The translations under genes and the position numbers were made by a program. Below the pieces are notes generated by a model. That model worked only from the letters and a program-made list of their open reading frames with translations. It was not told where the DNA came from and searched no databases. This document shows positions 49,901 to 57,904 of a stretch of 64,000 nt of DNA, one piece after another (the stretch's first letter is position 1; each line of letters starts with the position of its first letter). This DNA is from Bradymonadia bacterium. GTDB taxonomy: Bacteria > Myxococcota_A > Bradymonadia > UBA7976 > UBA1532. The stretch is taken from positions 32,001 to 96,000 of the forward strand of contig JBKAGE010000075.1 of assembly GCA_046290225.1 (NCBI GenBank), in the 5' to 3' direction.

Positions 49901-51007
49901 ATGCACAGCTCGCTCGTACAGTCCTTCAAAGCAAACCGCTTCAAATCGACCCGTCCGCTGCTCTCGGCGGCGCTCTTCACTGCTGTAGCCCTGGTCTCTG
50001 CAGGGTGCGGCGGTGCCGCTGGCGGTGGTGGAGGCGGTCAGGGCGTACAGTCGAGCAACACCATCCCCGAGGACAAGCTGCCCCCGGCACCGAGCGGCAG
50101 CCTGTGGGGTGACGGCTTCGGCGACACCCAACAGCGGGCCGTGCTCGACGCCCGCCGGGCGGTGTCGGAGCAGATCACGGCCAAGGTCACGGCCACCGTC
50201 GAAGCGCAGACCAGCGAAGACGCCACGGGCATCGACCAGAAGATCGACCAGAAGATCAAATCCCAGACCGACTTCGAGCACGCCGAGCTGATCAAGGTGA
50301 TCGGGTTCCGCCGCGAAGAGGGTGGCTGGACGGCACGGGCGGCTCTGGATCGCCGTGAGGCCGCCGACGTGTACGAGAAAGAGCTCCAGGCGGATCTCGA
50401 GCGTTTGAAGAAGCTCTCTCCGGTGGTCTCCGAGTCCCTCAAGACCTTCGACACCTCGATCCTGCTGTCCAGCGAGCAGTCCCCCGGCGTGCTCATGGCG
50501 GAGATGTCCCGCAAGGCCCGCATCCTGGCCATCCTCGGCGGTCGCGGTGACGCCTCGGGCGGCCAGCAGGTGAAGTCGGTGGAGCGCAAGGCCTCTGCTG
50601 CCCGCCGACGGGCGGTGCTGCGGCTCTCGGTGACGGGCTCGGCGAGCGAGGGCCTCAAGCGCGCCGCGGTGCAGCACGTGGCCCGCATGTTCAAGCAGCG
50701 GGGCTGCACCCTCAGCGAGGGCCTCTCCGGAGCCCCCAAGGCGAAGGTGCCCACGGCAGACGTCAAGCTGAAGGTGGTGAGCCGGGATCACAAAGAGGGC
50801 GACGTGAAGTATCGCTACGTGGGCCTCGAGGTGGTGGCCGCCGACGCCCGGAGCAAGCGCAACATCTTCCGCTTCAGCGCCATGCCCGACTTCGCTCACG
50901 GCGGCGGGGCCACCTGGGCTCAGGCTGACAAGAGCGCGGCTCGGAAGATGGGCAAGAAGCTCAAGGGGGCCGGTGGGAAGGCCTTCGAAGGCATTACGTG
51001 CCGTTGA
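49901..51007 (+). CDS. LPP20-like lipoprotein with a C-terminal extension
   Basis: GGAGG RBS before ATG 49901, lipobox SAGC and WGDGFG...AVLDARRAVSEQI. Confidence 0.7.
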   Translation: MHSSLVQSFKANRFKSTRPLLSAALFTAVALVSAGCGGAAGGGGGGQGVQSSNTIPEDKLPPAPSGSLWGDGFGDTQQRAVLDARRAVSEQITAKVTATVEAQTSEDATGIDQKIDQKIKSQTDFEHAELIKVIGFRREEGGWTARAALDRREAADVYEKELQADLERLKKLSPVVSESLKTFDTSILLSSEQSPGVLMAEMSRKARILAILGGRGDASGGQQVKSVERKASAARRRAVLRLSVTGSASEGLKRAAVQHVARMFKQRGCTLSEGLSGAPKAKVPTADVKLKVVSRDHKEGDVKYRYVGLEVVAADARSKRNIFRFSAMPDFAHGGGATWAQADKSAARKMGKKLKGAGGKAFEGITCR

Positions 51008-51034
51008 GCGGACGATCGCCCGCGCCCCACACGC

Positions 51035-52444
51035 TCAATCCGGCAACGTCTCGTCGTCCCCCCGTACCACCTCTTCAGGCTGAGGACTCCCACACTCCGA
51101 GCAGAACTTCGCCTTGAGGGAGATGCTCGCGCCGCAGCGGACACAGGGCCGCTTCAAGTTGTGACCACAGTTGCTGCAGAACCGCGCTGACATTGGCACC
51201 GGGTGACTACATTGCGGACAGGGATAGAGCGCCTGACCCGTGGTGCGCTTCGACGTCGTCGTGCCGAGGCTCGAGCCTGTGAGGGCCGCCAGCTGACCGT
51301 GGGTGGCGTGGGTCATGGGCTGGATAGCCACCCGTTGCTGCACGCTCGCCGGGGCGGTGATGTTCTCGAGGTAGAGGCGGCTCAGGGTGAGCCCTGCGTC
51401 GGCGAGGCGGGCGTCCATGAGGGGCTTCGTCGATGCCACCACATGTTGAGGATCACTGAGCAGCTCGATGAGATCGCCATGATCTTTGAGGACCTGCTTG
51501 AACGCTTCGCCGAAGCGGCCCGCGACGATGCGCCGGATGCGGCGTTCGAACTCTTCCGCGGGCAGTGGCCCCTGGCGACCGAAGCGGCGCCAAGCGGCGA
51601 GGGGATCTTTGATGCGGAGGCTGAAGCGGCCGAAGGCCCGCAGCGGCACCACACCATGATCAGCGTCACTCACCTGAATCGGATCAGTGGTGCCCCAGCG
51701 CATCAGCGAGGATGACATCATCGAGAGGAAGATGAAGTCGGGGCGGATCGGGCCACCCTGCCATTGAACGCGGGCGCTCAGGCCCGGGAGGTGGGCAGGG
51801 GTGGCGTGGTAGTCACCGGCTTCGAGTACATCGGTGATCTCCCCTTCGTGAAGGACCAGCACGCCCTGACCGCGGCTCACCTCGATGCGGGCATCGTAGG
51901 CCAGCAGGTGGTCCGAGTGAGGGAACACCCAGAAATAGCCTGGCTGAGCCTCGTCGTCCCAGCTCACATGATCGACAGGTTGCTCGGCGATCCAGCGGGC
52001 GAGATCCGGGTCCGCCTCGCCGTGCTCGGGGATGCGGGGGAGAGCCTCCTGGGTGATGAGCTGCTCCCCGAGGCCCAGAGCCGCGGCGATGGAGCGCATG
52101 CAGTCCCGCTCAGCCTCGGTGATCTTGCCGTCGGCGAGGACCACGGCGCGGCACGCGCTGAGGAACATGCGCCGCAGCCACATACTGTTCAGGCCGCGGG
52201 CGGCCTCGGCATAGTCGAAGGTGGCGTTGGCGAGGGGGGTGAGGTCGTCTGGTAGCCCCACCTGACGCAGGAACTGACGGATGACCTCTTCTTCACGTGG
52301 GTCGACGCCGTCGCAGGCGGCCACGTGATACAGACCCCGAGCGAAGAGCTGGGTGCGCTCCGGCGTCCAGGTCCGGCGGTCGAGCAGGGGCGGAGGTGTG
52401 GGCACTGTCTCGGGTGTCGTCTTGGGTGCTGTGTCGTCGCTCAT
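51035..52444 (-). CDS. TerB-like + SPFH (band-7-like) + double zinc ribbon fusion protein
   Basis: VAACDGVDPREE and VLADGKITEAE (TerB-like); WGTTDPI...PLRAFGRFSLRI (YdjI-type SPFH); four CxxC pairs at the C-terminus. Confidence 0.75.
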   Translation of the reverse strand: MSDDTAPKTTPETVPTPPPLLDRRTWTPERTQLFARGLYHVAACDGVDPREEEVIRQFLRQVGLPDDLTPLANATFDYAEAARGLNSMWLRRMFLSACRAVVLADGKITEAERDCMRSIAAALGLGEQLITQEALPRIPEHGEADPDLARWIAEQPVDHVSWDDEAQPGYFWVFPHSDHLLAYDARIEVSRGQGVLVLHEGEITDVLEAGDYHATPAHLPGLSARVQWQGGPIRPDFIFLSMMSSSLMRWGTTDPIQVSDADHGVVPLRAFGRFSLRIKDPLAAWRRFGRQGPLPAEEFERRIRRIVAGRFGEAFKQVLKDHGDLIELLSDPQHVVASTKPLMDARLADAGLTLSRLYLENITAPASVQQRVAIQPMTHATHGQLAALTGSSLGTTTSKRTTGQALYPCPQCSHPVPMSARFCSNCGHNLKRPCVRCGASISLKAKFCSECGSPQPEEVVRGDDETLPD

Positions 52445-52550
52445 CGGGTTTTAAGCATACCTGATTCCCTGTCGTGGCCCAGAATCGTACCGTGACACGG
52501 TACACAGAGTGTACGTGGACCATCGGCACAGCCCCCCAGGAGAGATGAGC

Positions 52551-54758
52551 ATGGTGAGAGCAGCGGCGTCGTGGATCGCGCTGTGGTGCGGATTTTTCTT
52601 CACCTCGGCCGTGGCCTCGGCCCAGCCCCTCGTGGTGGTGGATCCCGGTCACGGCGGGCGTGATCCAGGCGCCGTGGGGTGTGGCCTGCAAGAGGCCGAC
52701 GTGGTGCTCGATCTCTCCCTCCGCTTCTCGGAAGCCTTGAGGGCCCGGGGGGCTGCGACGGCCCTCACCCGAGAAGACGACCGCTTCATCGAGTTGAGAT
52801 CCCGGGCCGCTTTTGCCAACGAGCGCGGCGCTGAAGCCTTTGTGAGCGTGCACGCCAACGCCAACGAGGGTCAGCCAGCCACGGGCTCGGAGACCTATGT
52901 GTCCTTCGGCGCTGGTGCCGCGGCACGAACTCTGGCGCAGGCTGTTCAAAACGCTCTGCTGCAGACGTGGGGACTTCGAGATCGAGGGGTGAAGCAGGCG
53001 AACTTCTCGGTGCTGGTGAACACGGCTATGCCCGCGGCCCTGTTGGAGCTGGGCTTCATCAACCGGTGTGACATCGACGCGACCCTGCTTGCCGATGCCC
53101 AAGCGCGACAACGTATGGCAGAGGCCCTCGCTGACGCCGTGGCTGTCGAGGTCGGGGCGATCCCGCAGGAGGCCGAGCCTGGCGGGCTTGTGGGGGTGGT
53201 TTTCGAAGACAGAGGGGCCGGCCTCGCTGATCCCTCAGTGCGGGTGCATGGGGCCACTGTGCGGGTGGTCGAGACGGGCGACATGAGCGCCGCCGATGGC
53301 GCAGAAGCCATCTGGCGCTTCGATGTTGCCCCAGGGGCCTACACCGTGGAGGCCCGGGCCCCAGGCTTTGAAGTCGCTCAGAGGCGCTGTGACGTGAGAG
53401 CCGGCCAGCGGGTGTGGTGCTCTGTGGGCATGATGCGGGCCCAGGAGGGCGCTGAAGACGCCGGGGTGCCCCCCGATATGTCTCTCGCAGACGCAGAGGT
53501 GTCAGACATGGGCGTCGAAGAGCCCGTGCCTGTAGACATGGGCCTCGAGCAGATCGACGCAGAGACGCCAGAGGTGACAGACATGGGGGCAGAGATGCCA
53601 GATGCTGTCGCGCCTGAAGATGCGGAAGTCAGCGAAGTCGATGGTGGGGCGATCAGCGATGCTCAGATGCAGATGCCTGCGCCTGATGATGAGGGGGTGC
53701 CTGCAGATATGTACCCCGAGCCACAACCTGATGATGGCGGCCCCACGAACCCGTTCCACTCAGACGGCGGGCTCGTAGGAGCTGATGGCGGCAGCCTCGG
53801 GGCCCTGACGCCGGGCTCAGTGACGCGAAAATCCACCACAAGCAGCGGGTGCGGCGTCGGGCAGCGGGCGGGCACCATGGGCTGGCTGTGGGTGCTGGTG
53901 GTGTGCATGGGCTTCTTCATGAGCCGGCGGTCTGCAGAGGGCCACACCCCAGACGCACCTTCAGAGGGCACCACGGCGGTGGGTCAGGAGGTCGCTGAGC
54001 CCTGGGCTCGCCTCGGCAAGCCCGAGCCCCTCGTCGCCGGCGCCTTCGACCACCCGCTGCTCTCACCTGATGGCGCCCATGTGGCGCTCTCCGGGCCTGG
54101 AGGACGCGGGCTCTCAGTCATGGCCAATACACCGGGCGCACCTGTGCGCGTGCTCTCCACCACACCGGGGGCTGGGATACGGCCGGAGTGGTCGCCCGAT
54201 GGTGGCGTTCTCGGGTGGAGATCACCCGAGCAACCCGTCGGCGCTGTGCCCATGCTGGGCCAGCGGGTCGTCGATGGTGAGGCTGTCGTACCGCATAAGA
54301 TCTCCGCGGGTCATGTCTGGGTAGAGGGGGACGCGATCTTCTGGCGGGGGGCGTCAGGCCCTGTCCAGGTGAGCCCCGCCGATCTGAGCGATCGGTTCTT
54401 CGGGCCGCAAATCGCTCCGGATGGCGCCCACGTGGTCTTCTCGGGGTTGCGGACGGGCCTCTTCATCTATCGCGTGGTGGACGGCACGCTCATGGCCCTG
54501 GGATCGGGGGCGCATCCCACCTTCGGCCCCACAGGGCGCTACCTGCTCTTTGAGCGCACCACGGATGAAGGCGCCACCCTCACCGGGGGCGATCTCTTCA
54601 TCACAGATCTACAGGGTGCGTTCCTGCCGACGATCCCGCTCACCCACACCGACGATCGCATCGAGCTGTCACCGACGATGGCGGGCGGGTGGGTGGTCTA
54701 CGTCGCCGACGGCGTGGTCTACCGGGCCCCCATCCGCTTCACCGCACAAACCCCTTGA
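52551..54758 (+). CDS. N-acetylmuramoyl-L-alanine amidase (Amidase_3) multidomain protein with a TolB-like propeller
   Basis: Signal peptide, DPGHGG, SVHAN and LELGF; then a beta-sandwich, an acidic linker, an internal GC-x-TM-RR segment, and SPDG/APDG propeller repeats. Confidence 0.85.
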   Translation: MVRAAASWIALWCGFFFTSAVASAQPLVVVDPGHGGRDPGAVGCGLQEADVVLDLSLRFSEALRARGAATALTREDDRFIELRSRAAFANERGAEAFVSVHANANEGQPATGSETYVSFGAGAAARTLAQAVQNALLQTWGLRDRGVKQANFSVLVNTAMPAALLELGFINRCDIDATLLADAQARQRMAEALADAVAVEVGAIPQEAEPGGLVGVVFEDRGAGLADPSVRVHGATVRVVETGDMSAADGAEAIWRFDVAPGAYTVEARAPGFEVAQRRCDVRAGQRVWCSVGMMRAQEGAEDAGVPPDMSLADAEVSDMGVEEPVPVDMGLEQIDAETPEVTDMGAEMPDAVAPEDAEVSEVDGGAISDAQMQMPAPDDEGVPADMYPEPQPDDGGPTNPFHSDGGLVGADGGSLGALTPGSVTRKSTTSSGCGVGQRAGTMGWLWVLVVCMGFFMSRRSAEGHTPDAPSEGTTAVGQEVAEPWARLGKPEPLVAGAFDHPLLSPDGAHVALSGPGGRGLSVMANTPGAPVRVLSTTPGAGIRPEWSPDGGVLGWRSPEQPVGAVPMLGQRVVDGEAVVPHKISAGHVWVEGDAIFWRGASGPVQVSPADLSDRFFGPQIAPDGAHVVFSGLRTGLFIYRVVDGTLMALGSGAHPTFGPTGRYLLFERTTDEGATLTGGDLFITDLQGAFLPTIPLTHTDDRIELSPTMAGGWVVYVADGVVYRAPIRFTAQTP

Positions 54759-54783
54759 CCCTCGGCTCTTCTGGGGGCATTCT
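54755..54783 (+). promoter_or_regulatory. Candidate sigma70 promoter for rplC
   Basis: TTGACC-17 nt-CATTCT, about 110 nt upstream of the rplC ATG. Confidence 0.55.
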
Positions 54784-54893
54784 TCCGCGCCGCCTGTCTC
54801 GTGATGTCTCTACTCCGGGACCGCTCACCGCAACAGCCGTCAGATGGCGGTGTTGCAGAGAAGACAGCGCACTCAAACTGGAAGGAGTCCCCC

Positions 54894-55568
54894 ATGAAGG
54901 GCATTCTCGGCCGCAAGATCGGCATGACCTCGATTTTCCGCGAAGATGGCACCCAGGTCCCCGTGACCGTGCTCGACGTCACCGGCAACACCGTCGTGGG
55001 CAAGCGCACCCAGGAGACCGACGGCTACACCGCCGTGACCCTCGGCTTCGGCGAGCAGCGCATCAGCCGCATGAACAAGCCCCGCCGCGGCTTCTTCGAG
55101 AAGGCCGGCCTCGTGGAGGAGCGTGACGGCAAGCAGTACGCCAAGCGTCACATCCAGGAGTTCCGCGTCTCCGGTGAAGAGCTCGACGGCTTCGAGACCG
55201 GCAACGGCATCAAGGCCTCCGACGTGTTCATGGAGAACGAGCGGGTCGACGTGACCGGCACCTCCAAGGGTAAGGGCTTCTCCGGTGTCATGAAGCGTCA
55301 CAACTTCAAGGGCACCAAGGCCAGCCACGGTGTGCACGAGTACTTCCGTCACGGTGGTTCGATCGGTATGTGCGCCTGGCCTGCCCGCGTCTTCAAGAAC
55401 AAGAAGATGCCCGGTCAGTACGGCAACGAGCGCTCCACCGTGCAGAACGTGCAGGTCATCGAGATCATGGAAGAGGAAGGCCTCATGCTCATCAAGGGCG
55501 GCCTCCCCGGTGCCAACGGCGCCATCGTCCGCATCCAGCACGCCGCCAAGGGCCGCAAGACTCGTTAA
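54894..55568 (+). CDS. rplC: 50S ribosomal protein L3
   Basis: GILGRKIGMT, VPVTV, DGY, SKGKGF-GVMKRHNF, GSIG and KKMPG motifs; AAGGAG RBS. Confidence 0.97.
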   Translation: MKGILGRKIGMTSIFREDGTQVPVTVLDVTGNTVVGKRTQETDGYTAVTLGFGEQRISRMNKPRRGFFEKAGLVEERDGKQYAKRHIQEFRVSGEELDGFETGNGIKASDVFMENERVDVTGTSKGKGFSGVMKRHNFKGTKASHGVHEYFRHGGSIGMCAWPARVFKNKKMPGQYGNERSTVQNVQVIEIMEEEGLMLIKGGLPGANGAIVRIQHAAKGRKTR

Positions 55569-55571
55569 TTT

Positions 55572-55744
55572 TGCTCCGGCGCTCCGGCTCTGTGGCCCGC
55601 ACTCAGGGCGGCGATTTGGCGCACATCTGCGGCGCTTCCGTCCTCGACGATGCCATGGCATCGCCTGCGGGTGAATCACCACAGCTGCACACCAACTCAC
55701 CACCCTGAGCACGAGCCCCAGAGCCTCCACACCTCCGCGGGGCA
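55572..55744 (-). repeat. ~173-nt long imperfect hairpin element, copy B
   Basis: Minus-strand stems GGTGT/GCGCC, GGCTCTG/CAGAGCC, CTCAGGG/CCCTGAG and CGATGC/GCATCG; homologous to 9890-10061. Confidence 0.85.
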
Positions 55745-55954
55745 CGTGCACGACACTTCTCTGACTTATATGACGGCAGTGTTGGGGCCCTCGTTCTTCT
55801 GGCCTTCGGTTACGACTACGCGTTCTTCACGACGTCTGCACCAAGGCTCATGAACCTCACGACGGCTGTACTACTGCGTGAACACGCTTCGCTGCCCAAT
55901 ACACCCCAGGCCCGACGCGCCTGAACACTCATCCCAGAATTCAGGACTGTACGA

Positions 55955-56001
55955 CTCGTGCCCGTGCCCGTGCCCGAAACTCTCTCGCGAGCGACAGCGA
56001 G
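55955..56001 (-). repeat. (GGGCAC)3 repeat module, copy 4
   Basis: Minus strand reads CTCGCTGTCGCTCGCGAGAGAGTTTC(GGGCAC)3GAG immediately after the dapF stop. Confidence 0.85.
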
Positions 56002-56844
56002 TCAGCCATCCTTCCCCCAACACCCGCTGAACACGTACTCCGCAGGCCCGGTCATCCAGACCGGGTACAGCCCCGCCTCTGACTCCACCTCGATCACCAA
56101 GTCTCCCCCCGGCTGTCGAAGCGTCAGCGTGCCCGAGGTGCGCTCCTCTGCGATCAGCTGAGCTACGGCACCCGCGCAAGCACCCGTGCCGCAGGCCCCC
56201 GTGAGCCCGCTCCCGCGCTCCCAGACCACAAAGGGCTGCGGATCGAGATCCCGCGCTCCGAGGAAGCCCACGTTCGTGCGGTGGGGGAACGCCTCGTGTA
56301 CCTCGAGCCCCGGACCGTGCGTGCAGGCCAGATCGGTCAGATCGCCTTCACCGAAGGCCATAGACCACTCAGAAGTCGTCATCACAAAGTGAGGGTTGCC
56401 CACGCTCAACCGCCGACCGGAGATCGAGCGCCCTGCGTGCTCGATCGTCAGGGCACCATGATCGGTTACGGCGCCCATCTGCACCCGCACCCGGCGATCA
56501 GCTGCAGGATGAATCGTGAGCACCCCGGCGCCGGTCTCCACTGCGGTGGGTGCCTCCTCGACGCCGCCCAGATCCCACGCATAACGCGCCACGCACCGCA
56601 GCCCGTTTCCGCACATTTCTGACACAGAGCCGTCGGCATTGAACACTTTCATGCCGATGGGGGAAACGTCAGAGTTTTCAGGTGTGTAGACGAGCAGCAC
56701 GCCGTCGGCACCCACCCCTGTGGCCCGATTACATATCCGGCGAGTCGTTTCTTGGTTCAAGGTCTGCGTATCGAATGCCGACCCAAGACGTGCATCGACA
56801 ATTACGAAGTCGTTGCCCAGGCCATGGTACTTCACGAAATCCAT
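56002..56844 (-). CDS. dapF: Diaminopimelate epimerase
   Basis: KYHGLGNDF, GVGADG, NADGS-SEMCGNG, GNPH and WERGSG-T-ACGTG, with both catalytic Cys present. Confidence 0.95.
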   Translation of the reverse strand: MDFVKYHGLGNDFVIVDARLGSAFDTQTLNQETTRRICNRATGVGADGVLLVYTPENSDVSPIGMKVFNADGSVSEMCGNGLRCVARYAWDLGGVEEAPTAVETGAGVLTIHPAADRRVRVQMGAVTDHGALTIEHAGRSISGRRLSVGNPHFVMTTSEWSMAFGEGDLTDLACTHGPGLEVHEAFPHRTNVGFLGARDLDPQPFVVWERGSGLTGACGTGACAGAVAQLIAEERTSGTLTLRQPGGDLVIEVESEAGLYPVWMTGPAEYVFSGCWGKDG

Positions 56845-56891
56845 GGCCCGAACACTAGCCGAGGGCGCCTCGAAATGGCCAGCTCTCGACC

Positions 56892-57902
56892 ATGTTGAGG
56901 GAGCAGATGGCGCTTGACCCCATGGCACTCGACCGGCCGATCATCGGCGCTGATCCCGCCATCCGTCGGGTATTCAAGCTGATCGACAAGGTGGCCCCCA
57001 CCGACAGCACCGTGCTGGTCCTCGGTGAGAGCGGGACTGGTAAAGAGCTCGTGGCCCGGGCGATTCACCACGCCAGCGATCGACACAAGAAGCCGCTGAT
57101 CCCGGTGAACTGTGGAGCGATCCCCGCCAATTTGCTCGAGAGCGAGCTCTTCGGCCACGTGAAGGGGGCCTTCACCGGCGCCTCCGGCAGCCGCCAGGGG
57201 CGCTTCGAACTCGCCCACGGGGGCACCATCTTCCTCGACGAGGTCGGTGAGATGGAGCCGCAGCTGCAGGTGAAGTTGCTGCGCGTGTTGCAGGAGCGCT
57301 GCTTCGAGCCTGTGGGCGGCAGCCGCAGCATCGAGGTGGACGTGCGGGTCATCGCCGCCACCAATCGCGAGCTCGAAGAAGAGGTCGCCGCAGGGCGCTT
57401 CCGCGAAGATTTGTACTACCGACTCAACGTCGTACCCGTGGAGCTGCCGGCGCTGCGAGAGCGTCAGCAGGACATCCCCGTGTTGATCCATCACTTCAAC
57501 GATCGCCTCGCGCAGAAGCGCGGTCGCTGTGTAGAGGGCTTCAGCGACGACGCCATGCGTCGGCTGACGGCCTACCCCTGGCCCGGCAACGTCCGGGAGC
57601 TGGAGAACATCGTCGAGCGACTCTCGGTGTTCTGCCAGGACGAGGTGGTCCAACTCGACGACCTGCCCAGCAAGATCTTGAACCGCGCCCGCAAGCAAGA
57701 TGGCTTCTGCCTCGACCTGCCCGACGAAGGCCTCGACCTCAAGGGCATGCTCACCGACATCGAAGATCATCTGATCCGACAGGCCCTGGAGCGCACCGCC
57801 TGGAACAAGAACCAGGCGGCGAGTCTGCTCGGGCTCAACCGGACCACCCTGGTGGAGAAGCTGAAGAAGCGCGGCATGCTCTCCCCAGGGGATGCTGCCT
57901 GA
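56892..57902 (+). CDS. Sigma54-dependent enhancer-binding protein without a receiver domain (FleQ/FlrA-like by context)
   Basis: [35 protein letters not shown] and a Fis-type HTH ([13 protein letters not shown]); upstream of the flagellar operon. The start is uncertain (56892, 56907 or 56922). Confidence 0.92.
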   Translation: MLREQMALDPMALDRPIIGADPAIRRVFKLIDKVAPTDSTVLVLGESGTGKELVARAIHHASDRHKKPLIPVNCGAIPANLLESELFGHVKGAFTGASGSRQGRFELAHGGTIFLDEVGEMEPQLQVKLLRVLQERCFEPVGGSRSIEVDVRVIAATNRELEEEVAAGRFREDLYYRLNVVPVELPALRERQQDIPVLIHHFNDRLAQKRGRCVEGFSDDAMRRLTAYPWPGNVRELENIVERLSVFCQDEVVQLDDLPSKILNRARKQDGFCLDLPDEGLDLKGMLTDIEDHLIRQALERTAWNKNQAASLLGLNRTTLVEKLKKRGMLSPGDAA

Positions 57903-57904
57903 TC

